The translations under genes were made by a program, and so were the position numbers. Of a stretch of 64,000 nt of DNA, positions 36,103 through 47,703 are shown in pieces. Source of the DNA: Felis catus (Eukaryota); contig NC_058368.1 in assembly GCF_018350175.1 (NCBI RefSeq), forward strand, positions 122,328,001 to 122,392,000. The letters are read 5' to 3'. The notes beneath the pieces were generated by a model that had not been told where the DNA came from, searched no databases, and saw nothing but the letters and a program-made list of their open reading frames with translations. Every line of letters starts with the position of its first letter. Positions within the stretch are counted from its first letter, which is position 1.

Positions 36103-38754
36103 TAAAATGTCTATCTTGTTTGACCCAGAAATCAAGGTCTTCCCCTTAGATTTCATACTCCATTTGAACAACAGCAACAACCCAGCAGTGCTTTTCCCTG
36201 TAAATCACAGCTGCTCACAGCCCACACTTACAGTGACCCTGCAGGGTTGGCCTTATTATCCACCAGAAAGCAGAGAACGTTGGAGGCATATTGGGGCTGC
36301 CACTAAGTGGCACGACTAAAGTCCAAACTCACCTCGTGCCCTCTTGTCGGCCTCTGCTGCAGGCATCAAGCGTTCCTCTCTCGATGCGTCTCTGCCACAG
36401 GGTGGGCCAGGAGAGGGCTCCTGTCACTGAGGAATGTTCAGAGAAGTGGTCCACTCAGCAGTACTCACTCTGGAAACCGTGGTTTTCTGTTCTGGGACCC
36501 AGTGATTCGCCACACCTGTGCAAGTCATTGCTCTTCTGAATTTTCCATCTGTGACAACTGGACTTTGCCTCTGCATTTGAGATTAACTAGTAAATGATAA
36601 AAAGGAGGCTTACAGAACAACAAAATCCTAGTATGTGTTTTCAGACCCTCAGGGGGCTGTGATTCAAGCCCTGATCTCGATACTACAAAGCGGGTTTCCT
36701 CTTTCTTCCCTTCTCTCCTGACTTCACAACTCCGCTCTCCTTACTCCGTCCACTTGCCCTCAAGGCTTCGGGGATGCTTATGTGACAATGATCAAGGCAC
36801 GTGAAGCGTGCGGGCTGTCCAAGCAATAAGTCATAAATGTATTGCACCACTCTTATTATCGATGACCAGTCCAGGGTAGCATATCCACACCCATGAAATT
36901 GATAAGCTGGTCCAAAGTGAAACCACAGTGGAATAGCCAGCCGTGGGGATCGAAGTCGGAATCTTCCATTCGGCCAGTGACTGCAAAATTTGCAAGTGCA
37001 AGTGGCCTGTGGGGGCGTGGGGAGGGAGCCAGGCCATCTGACTTCAATGGATATCTTCGAAACAGAAGGAGAAACCAGAGGGGAAAAGAACTTACCTTTG
37101 TGGAGTATTTATTGCATCTTGAACTACTCTTTCAAGCACCTCGCTTATCATTAAACATTAATTTCCCTAGAAACTGGCCGTTTTCACTTGGTGTAGCTGT
37201 AGCAATTACGGGCAGTTTTGGCTAGGCAGCTCCGACTTCCCAGCACGGCTCTGTGAGCTCTGTGGCCTTTCCTCAAAAGAGAGCCTCGCTCATTTACAAG
37301 CCGTGTTATTTTTCTGGGAAACACAAGATAAATCCTGCCCCAGTGTAAGAACCTGGGTCAGACCTATAAACATGATTCTAGTCATAAACAAACTATAATT
37401 GTCAAGAGGAAACTCCATTATTGATGAAGCCCCCCATTTCTAACTCCAAAAAGGCATCTTACTCTCTCCAGAAGCACGCTTTTTGTTTTTTAGCTAGCTG
37501 AGCTGTAACTACAAGTACAGAGAATAGCAACAATGATACTTCCTTCTCTGTAGCATCAACACCCAAAAGGGCCACATAGGCCTTAGAAGTCTGGTTTCAT
37601 TCAGAGCAGCCAACTCTCTCTTCCAGGAAGGGACCAGTGTCACACCTGACAGGTACAGGTACACAGAGGTGACTTCATTAAAGTCACAGAGTGAACCAGG
37701 GGCTGTGCGGGGAATAGGTGTCTGGTCTCAGAATCCAAGCGGTTTTCTTTATTTGCTCCTTGCCTGGCAATCTCCGTTATCATCACCAATTCATGTCTTA
37801 CAATAAACAGAACACGGAAGCCTTTTTAATCCTGTGTGTCACCCGAGGCTCTAAAAGATTATGAACCTGCCATAGATAACCTGGGACAGGTAGAATGAGG
37901 ATCTTCCGTGAGAGATTGTCTTTGCCTCCGTTAAAGCCGCTGTTGATTCTCAATTACCCCCTGTAAATACAGGGGAACAGATAATAAAAACGCAAGATAA
38001 TCAGAAAGTCATTAATAGTGTACAAAGATTTGTCTCCAAGGATATTTGTTGCAGCATTTTCACCAGGAAAACCTTATCTCTCTTCTCTCAAGGGATTACA
38101 GAACTTAATAGAAAGGCAGCTAGTCTTAAAAAAAAAAAACGGTAAAAGAAAAGAAAGAAAAAGACTAAAGCTGTCATATATTCCATACTGCAAAAGAACA
38201 CCAACGATATAAGATAAAAGCAGACAAAAGACGACACTGTTACAAGTTGTATGTTTGTGGAAGGATGGGCCTGTGTGACAGCCTGGCTGGGGGGCAAGGC
38301 CTGGCTGAATTCTAAGCCGTGTCGATGGGCCCAGGGGTGGTGGGACCAACGCTCATCCTCAGGTATCTGAGAAGCCTCGTCAGAGGTACCCCTAGCCCTG
38401 GGGAGTAGATAAGGACACACACCAACCTCACACAAACCTGGTTAAGACTAATACCTAATCACTGACAATATATGAGACTCTTTTATTCCCTGGGTAGAAA
38501 ACACCAGACCAGACAGATCAGAAATCCTACTGAGAGAAGCAGAGAGCCAATCAAAGACATGGGCACTTGAGACTCAGACTTTGTCATTTCTATCTGGGTA
38601 ACATTGGGGGACACTGGGCAGGTCACTTCCCTGAGCCTTGGCTTCTCCCCATGAGGATGAGGCTATGATTTAACATAACCGTTAGCATGTAATATGCCTT
38701 TCATACACATTCATGAATATTCTTATTGTTGGGGTTGATATTGTTACCACATCT

Positions 38755-39390
38755 CAACGCAGAAGGTGTTTTTCCCATCCCTGAAGTGTGGGCTACACTT
38801 ACAGACTTTCGTCCAAAGAGTACAGTATGGGAAGAAGGGAAGAATGGCCTTATAGTAAAGAAACTTGACAAACACAGTCTCACCCCTGTGGTCAAGGTCA
38901 ATGTCAATGGTGGTAAGTCATTCTGGTAATAGGTACCCTCGATATAATGTGATGAAGTGACTCTTTACCTCTGTGGTGTTCCTCCAAAAATTCCATTAAC
39001 TCCAGCCCCACCGTGAGTAAAACATCAGAAAAATTGCGGTAAAAGGGACATTCTATGAAATATAAGACCAGTTTTCCTCAAAACTGCCCAGGTCATCGAA
39101 CACAGGGAAAGTCTGAGAAAGAGTCACAACCCAGAGGAGTCTAAGGAAACCTAACAACTAAGTGTCATGTAGTGTCCGGAATGGGATGCTGGGACAGGAA
39201 AAAGGCATTAGGGAAAAAACTAATAAAATCCAAATCAAGTATGCTGTCTAGTTAACATTAACATTAGTATTGGTTCATTGGTTATGATTAAGTTGCCAAG
39301 CTAAAGTAAAAGGCTAACAGTGGGGGGAATTGAGTACAAATTATACTATGTTTGCAATATTTCTGTAAACATATTCTTTAAAAAAAAAGG
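38755..39390 (+). mobile_element. Ancient L1MC-type 3'UTR
   Basis: aagtgtgggctacactt...tccaaagagtacagtat...gtcaaggtcaa...aaagggacattcta...cctcaaaactg...gggatgctgggacaggaaaaaggcattag. Confidence 0.85.
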
Positions 39391-39402
39391 GGTTGTTTAA
39401 TG

Positions 39403-39771
39403 AAAAAACAGAATCAGACCCATAAATACAGAGAAAATAAATACTAAGCCTGGGTGGCTCAGTCAGTTGAACATCTGACTTCGGCTCAGGTCATGATTTC
39501 ACGGTTCATGAGTTTGAACCCCACATCGGGCTCTGTGGTGACAGCTCAGAGCCTGGAGCCTGCTTTGGATTCTGTCTCTCCCTCTCTCTCTGCCCCTCCC
39601 CCACTCGCACTCTGTCTGTCTGTCTCTGTCTCAAAGATAAATAAACATGATACCTTCCAGTTCCATCCATGTTGCTGCAAATTCAGTCAGAGAAGGACAG
39701 ATATCATATATTTTCACTCATATGTGGATCTTGAGAAACTGAACATTGAGGGTCGACTATATTCAAAAAAA
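39403..39771 (+). mobile_element. Mosaic: L1 3'UTR stub + Can-SINE + inverted L1 + sense L1 + L1 terminus
   Basis: See finding; SINE 39448-39648, inverted L1 39646-39682, sense L1 39683-39745. Confidence 0.8.
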
Positions 39772-39790
39772 TTTCTAAAGATTATTTAAA

Positions 39791-39988
39791 AAAAATTTTT
39801 TTAATATTTATTTATTTTAGAGAGAGGCAGCAGGGCAGAAAGAGAGAGAGGGAGATACAGATTCCAAAACAGGCTCCAGGCTCTGAGCTGTCAGCACAGA
39901 GCCCAACACAGGGCTTGAACTCATGAACCATGAAATCATGACCTGAGCCGAAGTCAGATGTTCAACCGACTGAGCCACCCAGGCATCC
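39791..39988 (-). mobile_element. Can-SINE (SINEC_Fc-type)
   Basis: TSD ctaaagattatttaaa 39775-39790 / ctaaaggttattcaaa 39989-40004. Confidence 0.94.
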
Positions 39989-40154
39989 CTAAAGGTTATT
40001 CAAATGAAGAGGCTACAATGCCACTTGGTACAAGCAGTGTTTCAAGTAGCTCTTTACTCATGAAGGGGCACAAAGTAGACTTTACAGCCTCTGAGATCCA
40101 ACATCAAACTAGTGTGGGACCACCTTCCCACTTGAAAAGCCCCAGATCCACGTT

Positions 40155-40321
40155 TTAAATTTACTTACTTATTTAGAGACAAAATTTTAGAGCCTCCAAG
40201 GAGGCTCTGCACTGTCAGCATGAAGCCTGACACAGGGCTCGAACTCCCAAACTATGAGATCATGACCTGAGCTGAAATCAAGAGTTGGACACTTAACCGA
40301 CTGAACCACCCAGGCTTCCCA
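40155..40321 (-). mobile_element. Can-SINE
   Basis: ggctctgcactgtcagc...gggctcgaactc...gagatcatgacctgagctgaaatcaagag. Confidence 0.9.
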
Positions 40322-40327
40322 GGCTCA

Positions 40328-40573
40328 TTTTTTTTAATGTATCTATTTTATTTCTTTCTTAATGTTTCTTTCAAATTTATTTTTGAGAGAGAGACAGACA
40401 GAGCACGAGCAGGGGAGGGGCAGAGAGAGAGGGAGACACAGGATCCGAAGCAGGCTCCAGGCTCAGAGCCATCAATCAGCACAGAGCCTGATGTGGGGCT
40501 CGAACTTACAAACACTGAGATCATGACCGAGCCTCAGTGGAAGGCTTAACCAACTGAACTACCCGGGAGCCCC
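40328..40573 (-). mobile_element. Can-SINE (SINEC_Fc-type)
   Basis: Antisense full-length copy in tandem with the previous SINE. Confidence 0.92.
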
Positions 40574-40699
40574 TCGCATCTTCTCTATTTAAATGTTTGG
40601 TGGGGAACAGCAAGCAGGTAATCCATGCAACCAACAGGGGATTTTACACAGGATATACTAAAGCTCAATTATCTTCCTAAGACCGCAACTTTAAAAATT

Positions 40700-40900
40700 G
40701 ACCTCATATTTACTGAGCACATATTAAATGCCAGACAACAGTTTAATTATTTGCAAAGCAATTTCATCTAATCCTCTCCAAGAGGCTACAAACAAGTTCC
40801 TACTAATATCCATTTTGCAGATGAGCAAATTGAGCACAGGTTATTTAAGTGACTCGTGCAAGGTCACACACGAATAACAGATTGAACCATTATAAAAATA
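40700..40900 (-). mobile_element. MIR
   Basis: atttactgagcac...tcatctaatcctc...tccattttgcagatgagcaaattgag...aaggtcacac. Confidence 0.75.
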
Positions 40901-41065
40901 GACTAAAACTCAAAACCAGTCTGTTGTGCATCCACAATCCAAGAAGAATGAAATGTAGCAAATGTCGCTGCCTTTGGCACAAAAAAAAGTTGAACACAAA
41001 ATACAATGAGAAGAGAATGATAGGTCTCCAATCAGTTGTCCCCTCACCTCCAATGTATGATTCTT

Positions 41066-41290
41066 TTTTTAAAAAATTTTTTTCTAATGTTTACTTATTT
41101 TTGAGACAGAGAGAGACAGAGCATGAGTGGGGGAGGATCAGAGAGAGAGAGGGAGACACAGAATCTGAAGCAGGCTCCAGGCTCTGAGCTGTCAGCACAG
41201 AGCCCAAAGCGGGACTCGAACTCACAGACCACGAGATCATGACCTGAGCTGAAGTCCGACGCTTAACCAACTGAGCCACCCAGGCGCCCC
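41066..41290 (-). mobile_element. Can-SINE (SINEC_Fc-type)
   Basis: TSD aatgtatgattctt 41052-41065 / 41292-41305. Confidence 0.96.
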
Positions 41291-41739
41291 TAATGTATGA
41301 TTCTTCATTTACAGCCTTTCTGAAAAATCAGGATGTGGCTGCTTCCAAAGGTAAAGATGCATTCTCACTAATCGATACTTTTTTTAGCAATTAATTTACA
41401 ATGTATTTCTGACCCCTACCTCACCTCTGAACCTCAGTCACCCACTGCCCTATTTCTTTCACTTTGGGCCCCACCTCCATTTAGGGCTCAGAAAGGACCA
41501 GCCATGGGCTGCCTACCGCCGACCACCCACAACACCTTCTTTCTCAAAATAGCTAAAAGCTTAATGGATCCACTGTCACACCTTGTCAAACTATCCCTAG
41601 TTTCCAAACAGCCTCCCGGCAGTGTTAGGAAGCCCTCCAGGTTGGTAATTCTCACTCAAGCTGTCTCACTCCACAGGTGAAATGTTTACCCAAGGCTTAC
41701 TTCAAAACAAAACTACAGCAGTCACCATAATTAGGTTTG

Positions 41740-41950
41740 CTGAGCAGCTTGTAAGGAACTGGACTAGATCGGTGCTCTACAAACCCTATGATATTCATCC
41801 TAACACTGATGATCAGGTAAGGGCTTGTTATCTCCATTTTGGAGTTGAAAAACAGGCTGAGAGAGTGAACAACTTGCACATAGTCACACAGGTAGTAAGT
41901 GCAGAGGTCAACATTTGAGCACGAATCCAGCTGACCCAGAGCTTGAGGGC
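41740..41950 (-). mobile_element. MIR
   Basis: ttatctccatttt...gaaaaacaggctgagagagtgaacaacttgc...gtcacacaggtagtaagt. Confidence 0.75.
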
Positions 41951-42388
41951 TTCCCACTTGTGATTTTTCCTCACGGCCCATGACCTCTCAGCCGTCCTCT
42001 CTTCCCAGCCTCATGCATGGTCTCTCTACTGGCCCCTTGAGATTGTTCCTTCTCGTGCACGGTCTCACCAATCCAGGGGGTCAGCTTCCTCATCTGATAA
42101 AAATCCCCATGTGAGGTAAAGAAGGCCCCAGGGGGAGCTGCCTGCTGGTGCCACTGCCCCTCCAGCTCCCCAACACCTGTGCTGGAGCCCCAGGAGAAAA
42201 TCCCCCACCTCCTGTCCTTTCAGAGCTGGGCAACCTGTTGTAAGTCATCAAAGCCCTGTGAACTTTAGTTCTTTTTTCTCCAAATGATGCTGGCTTTCCT
42301 GTCTACCTGACACCTATGAAATAGACACTGATCACTTTGGCAGAAGTTTGCCATTTGTAATTGCATTTTTAAATAAGTTTTATGGTCC

Positions 42389-42517
42389 AGGCACCTGGGT
42401 GGCTCAGTCTTTCAGCGTCCAACTCTTGATCTTGGCTCAGGTCTTGATGTCGGCGTCTTGAGTCCAAGCTCACATCGGGCTCTGCACAGGGCGTGGAGCC
42501 TACTTTTAAAAAATTAG
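42389..42517 (+). mobile_element. Short Can-SINE
   Basis: TSD ataagttttatggtc 42374-42388 / 42518-42532. Confidence 0.9.
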
Positions 42518-42814
42518 ATAAGTTTTATGGTCAACAAGCATCAACTGTGTGGACTCCACATAACAAGCACTAGGCTAAGCACACCATGTCATGATTTAAC
42601 ATCCACAGCAATCTTCAGGTGCCGAGCATTACTGATGAGATCGCTGTGGCTCCAAGAGGGTAAAGGACTTAAAAAATAGAACCAGAAATGAACAGATATT
42701 TCTCTATATAAAATACGCTGATGTGTTTTTTTAATTGTGAAGAATGAGACCAAGAAATCTAAACTTGAATGCATGGATGGGTTTCAGAAGTTATATAAAA
42801 TCAGTCTCCCTCAG

Positions 42815-42985
42815 GGTTACCTGGGTGGCTCAGTCAGTTAAGCATCCAACTTTTGGTTTCAGCTCAGGTCATGATCTCATGGTTCATGGGTTTGAGCCCT
42901 GTGTCAGGCTCTGTACACATAGCACAGAGCCTACTTGGGATTCTCTCTCCCTCTCTCTCTCTCTGCCCCTCTCTCCACTCGCGCT

Positions 42986-43026
<41 letters not shown>

Positions 43027-43050
43027 AAAAATAAATAAATAAACATTAAA
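42815..43050 (+). mobile_element. Can-SINE
   Basis: TSD aaaatcagtctccctcag 42797-42814 / 43051-43068. Confidence 0.96.
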
Positions 43051-43344
43051 AAAATCAGTCTCCCTCAGATTCATCAATTCCTGTAAGAACCAATCATTAT
43101 GCTGGGCATGTACCTAAAGATAGCACATTCTTCTTCTGAGTTGCATAAATACTTTTCAACCTCAGATTATGGCATGTGATCCCCTCTCTATTACCTGGTT
43201 TACACTGTCAGCCCCTCCAGCACAAAGTACATAACTTGTTTCTCATTCTCTCCTTAGCACCTGATACAGTGCCTGAATTGAATCAAATGGAATCTTCTTG
43301 GGCAAGGATAAAGATAATGTGGTCATTAAAATTTTACCCATTCT

Positions 43345-43462
43345 TTTTTTTAAGTTTTTTAATTCCAGTATAGTGAAATAGGTGAAAGGGATTAGGAGTA
43401 CACTTATCATGATGAGCAATGAGTAACGTGTAGAATGGTTGAATCACCATATTGTAACCTAC
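43345..43462 (-). mobile_element. Miniature 5'-inverted carnivore L1 insertion
   Basis: Antisense tail 43345-43374 plus opposite-orientation 3'UTR 43372-43460; TSD 43329-43344 / 43463-43478. Confidence 0.75.
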
Positions 43463-44270
43463 AAATTGCACCCATTCTATATTGCAGACAAGAGAAAATC
43501 TCCAAAGTAGAAGATTCATGTGATTGATCTCTGGAGAGGATGATATTAACATTACTGACATTATGGCTAATATCCGTATTGATGCAATAAAAATGAAATT
43601 ATGTTCTTGGAAGTCATGAAATATTGGTTACAGTAATTAACAAGAATGAAGGTACTCATTTTAACACTAACATTTGTTATTAGCCCAAGAATCATGCAGA
43701 GTATTTTTTAGTATGCAGTTTTTTTTTTTTTTTCATTTTTTCTCTATTTTTATCCTAAGGGGATAATAATGTCTGGCCAAGGGCATCACTACCGGGCAGA
43801 TTATTTGAGGTTTACACTATTAATGTCTACACATCATAGATAAGAAAAATGAGGCTTAGAGACATGAAAGCATTTGCCACAGTCGATACATACAGTTAAC
43901 TGCAGATCTTGAATAAGAATTCTGGTCGAGCTCAAGTTTAAAGTCTGAACTCTGACTTCCATGCACTCAGCCTCGCTTTCAGGAGTGAAGCCCAGCTCAA
44001 GGCCGGTGGGCCTGAGCTCCACCCCTTGCAGGAAAGAAGAAAAGCCTGAGAACCAGCACCCGCCACTCAGCTTGCTGCCTCCCCTTCTCTGGCGCTGTTT
44101 TCATCAAGTTCAAAACCTCCTCTTTGTACTGTCCTCTAAACCAACTTGGCCTGTTAACTGTCTTCTAACTTTCTCTTCTTAATGAAGCCTTTACTCCCGT
44201 TCAATCACCCTCTTACTATTTGCCTTTCTCCTTCTCCCCTATAGCTGTTGAAAAGTCACACCAAAGCAAA

Positions 44271-44423
44271 AGGGATATAGTCAATGATACTGTAATAGTG
44301 ATGCGTGGTGACAAATGGTATCTACACTTGTGGTGAGCAGAGAATCATGTATACACTTGTCAAATCACTATGTTGTAAACTTGAAACTAATAAAACATTG
44401 TGTGTCGATTATACTCAAAAAAA
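44271..44423 (+). mobile_element. L1_Carn-type 3' terminal fragment
   Basis: atatagtcaatgatactgtaatag...ggtgacaaatggtatctacacttgtggtgagca...aatcactatgttgta...tgaaactaat...acattgtgtgtcgattatactcaaaaaaa. Confidence 0.85.
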
Positions 44424-44925
44424 GGGGGGAGAGGAGGAGAGGAGGAGAGGGAGAGGAAGAGGGAGAGGGAGAGGGAGAGGGAGAGGGGGAGAGGAGGAGA
44501 GGAGGAGAGGGAGAGGAAGAGGGAGAGGGAGAGGGAGAGGGGGAGAGGAGGAGAGGAGGAGAGGGAGAGGAAGAGGGAGAGGGAGAGGGAGAGGGAGAGG
44601 GAGAGGGAGAGGGAGAGGGAGAGGGGGAGAGGGGGAGAGGAGGAGAGGGAGAGGGAGAGGGGAGGGGAGGGGAAGGGACGAGAGGAGAGGAGAGGAGAGG
44701 AGAGGAGAGGAGAGGAGAGGAGAGGAGAGGAGAGGAGAGGAGAGGAGAGGAGGAGAGGGAGAGGAAGAGGGAGAGGGAGAGGGAGAGGGAGAGGGAGAGG
44801 GAGAGGGGGAGAGGGGGAGAGGAGGAGAGGGAGAGGGAGAGGGAGAGGGGAGGGGAGGGGAAGGGACGAGAGGAGAGGAGAGGAGAGGAGAGGAGAGGAG
44901 AGGAGAGGAGAGGAGGGGAGAGAAG
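44417..44925. repeat. 509-bp polypurine compound repeat (GAGGGA, GAGGA, GGGGA units)
   Basis: No T and only two C (44679, 44867) on the + strand. Confidence 0.97.
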
Positions 44926-45685
44926 TGCAGAGATATCTTTTCAGTCTTTAGTACCAATCAATGGTCCATCTTAGGGAAGAGATTTCCTCTCCCTTCATGC
45001 TTCTGCGTCTATAAACAGCCTCTGAAGCTGGAATGCAAAAACTCTGGAACCAAGTCACTTGCATCTTTCACAAACATGGATAAGTCAGCCACAGAAGCCT
45101 GAGTGCTACAAACGCCCTGCTGCAGACATGTGGTTTGGTAGCAAAACAGATACTGCAAAGGGCCCCAGATAAACCATTAATGAAACCGCCTTCTTCGTGA
45201 TGCTCTGACAAATAAGTAGCTCCAGGTACTTTATTTCCCAGGACTGCAATGCCCATAGCACTCTGAACACAAGAAGTAGCCTGGTATCATCGAGAGGGCA
45301 GCAATCTTGAAGCCTGAGGACCTGGGAGGCTATATCTCTTACTGGGTGCGCAACCTTGGGTAGGTCATTTAACTTCCCCGAGTCTCAGTGTCCTCAGGCA
45401 CAAAATGGAGGTAATACCCTTCCTAATGGTGTACCATCCATCATGTATGTAAGCCAGACATCTAAAATTCTTCCTTATTTCTCTTCTCTTCCCCAACACA
45501 CAATGTGTCTCTGAGTTCTGTTGATTCCACATCATAAATAGCTCTCAGATCTCCTTGTCCCTAGTCCCACCGGCTGTGTTAGGTCAGGCATCATGAGGTC
45601 CTCACTAGACTAATGCTAAGTCCTCCCGGCCCATCTCTCTGTTCCCTATATAAGTACTACCATCAATCCTTTCTTCTCACTAAAG

Positions 45686-45992
45686 TTATATATATAATGT
45701 ACATTATATATTATTATATATTATATATGATAAATAATATATATTATACATATATATTATATGTTATGTTATTATATTTTATTATATGTTATTACATGTT
45801 ACTACATGTTACTACATGTTATTATATATTATTATGTGTTATTATTATATATTAATATATTATTATAATATATTATATTATATTATACATTATATATTAT
45901 ATTATATATTATTATACATTATTATATAATATTATATATTATATAAATTATATTATTATTATGTAATATATTATATATTATATATATATATA
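45686..45992. repeat. AT-rich low-complexity repeat (TATAT/TAT variants)
   Basis: Read directly; abuts the T tail of an antisense SINE. Confidence 0.93.
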
Positions 45993-46121
45993 ATTTTTTT
46001 AAAGTAGTCTGCACACCCAGAGTGGAGCCCAATGTGTGGGCTTGAACTCAGGACCCTAAGATCAAGACCTGAGCTGAGATCAAGAGTCAGACACTTAGCC
46101 AACCGAGCCACCCATGTGCCT
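45993..46121 (-). mobile_element. Short Can-SINE
   Basis: ggggcttgaactcaggaccctaagatcaagacctgagctgagatcaagagtcag. Confidence 0.88.
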
Positions 46122-46923
46122 GATGGCAGACTGTTATCTTTCTAAGGTGCACATTTTGTCACCTTGATCCTCATTAAAATTATTATATGACTCTCCATTA
46201 TTTACAGAACAAAGTACAAATTTACCAGCCTAGGATACAAAGTCCTCCATGACCTTGATCTTACCACTTAAAATAGCAGGAATCTATTCAGATGCTAGTT
46301 GCTGAAACACCTCTCCAGTAGGCTTAATCAAAAGGCAGATTGGCTTCTGAAAAAAAACAAAACGAAACAAAACAAACCTGGATAGACCAAGTACAATGGG
46401 ACCAGAAGGCTCACATGTCAATGGAAAGCAGAAATTTCTCCACCCTTTGCTTTGTTTTCTTCCATAGTGATGTTATTCTTGACTAGGCTCTTCCTATTCA
46501 ATAACAAGTTTGCCCCCTAGGAGTTTCAGGCTTACTTATGAATTATTTTGCAACTCCTTGGGAAGAAGGCATATGTTTCTAATTTCAACACAAGGCAAAA
46601 TCACAATGATCTGCCTTGGGTCATTTGCCCATCCCTTAACCAAACGCTGTTCCTAATAGGAAAATGGTGATGAGGCAGGCGTATCCAGGAAAAGGGGGAC
46701 AGGGCCTGCTGTACCTGAGGTATATGGCTTAATAATAGGGTTACCCACAAAAATCAGACTGTTGCCACCAAAATTAGAAGAAATGAATGTTAGGATGGCA
46801 AAAACAACATCTATTTTAAGATGCTTACCTACAAGAACTTCTCTCCTACTCAAGGCTCCAAAATTTAGTGACTTAAAACTACCACTTTATTTTGTCCATG
46901 GTTTTTTAGAGGTCAGAAATTCA

Positions 46924-47132
46924 GGGGGTGCCTGGGTGAATAAGCCGGTTAAGTGCCCAACTCTTGATTTTGGTTCAGGTCATGATCTCACAGTTGTGAG
47001 ATCAAGCCCCGCATTGGGCTCTGTGCTGACAGCATGGAACCTGCTTGGGATTCCCTCTCTCTCCCCCTCTCTCTCTTCCCCTCCCCTGCTCGCTCGCTCT
47101 TTCTCTCTTTCTCTCTCAATTAAATATATTTT
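46924..47132 (+). mobile_element. Can-SINE whose tail is interrupted by L1 (tail resumes 50353-50376)
   Basis: TSD gaaattca 46916-46923 / 50377-50384. Confidence 0.9.
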
Positions 47133-47703
47133 ATTATTTTTTTATTTAAAAAATTCAATTTTTTTTTTAAATTTACATCCAAATTAGCACATAGTGAAAC
47201 GATGATTTCAGGAGTAGATTCCTTAATGCCCTTTACCCATTTAGCCCATCCCCCCTTCCCATCACCCCTCCAGCAACCCTCAGTTTGTTCTCCACATTTA
47301 TGAGTCTTTTCTTTATTGTCCCCCTCCCTGTTTTTATATTATTTTTGTTTCCCTTCCCTTATGTTCATCTGTTTATTCTCTTAGAGTCCTCACATGAGGG
47401 AAGTCATATGATTTTTGTCTTTCTCTGACTAATTTCACTTAGCATAATACCCTCCATTTCCATCCATGTAGTTGCAAATAGCAAGATTTCATTCTTTGTG
47501 ATTGCCGAGTAATACTGCATTGTATACATACATACACACACATATATATATATATATATGCGTGTATATATATAAACATATACACGCATATATATAATAT
47601 ATACACGCATATATATATATGTATATATATACACATATATGTGTGTATATATATATATAAGTATATATATACATATATATATAAGTATATATACACATAT
47701 ATA

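Noticed and set aside
44305..45102. 265-, 219-, 183- and 180-aa ORFs rich in RG/EG/ER/PS, resembling RGG proteins or RPGR ORF15
   Set aside because: Open only because the purine repeat cannot encode stops; starts lie in an L1 3'UTR; no flanking gene structure
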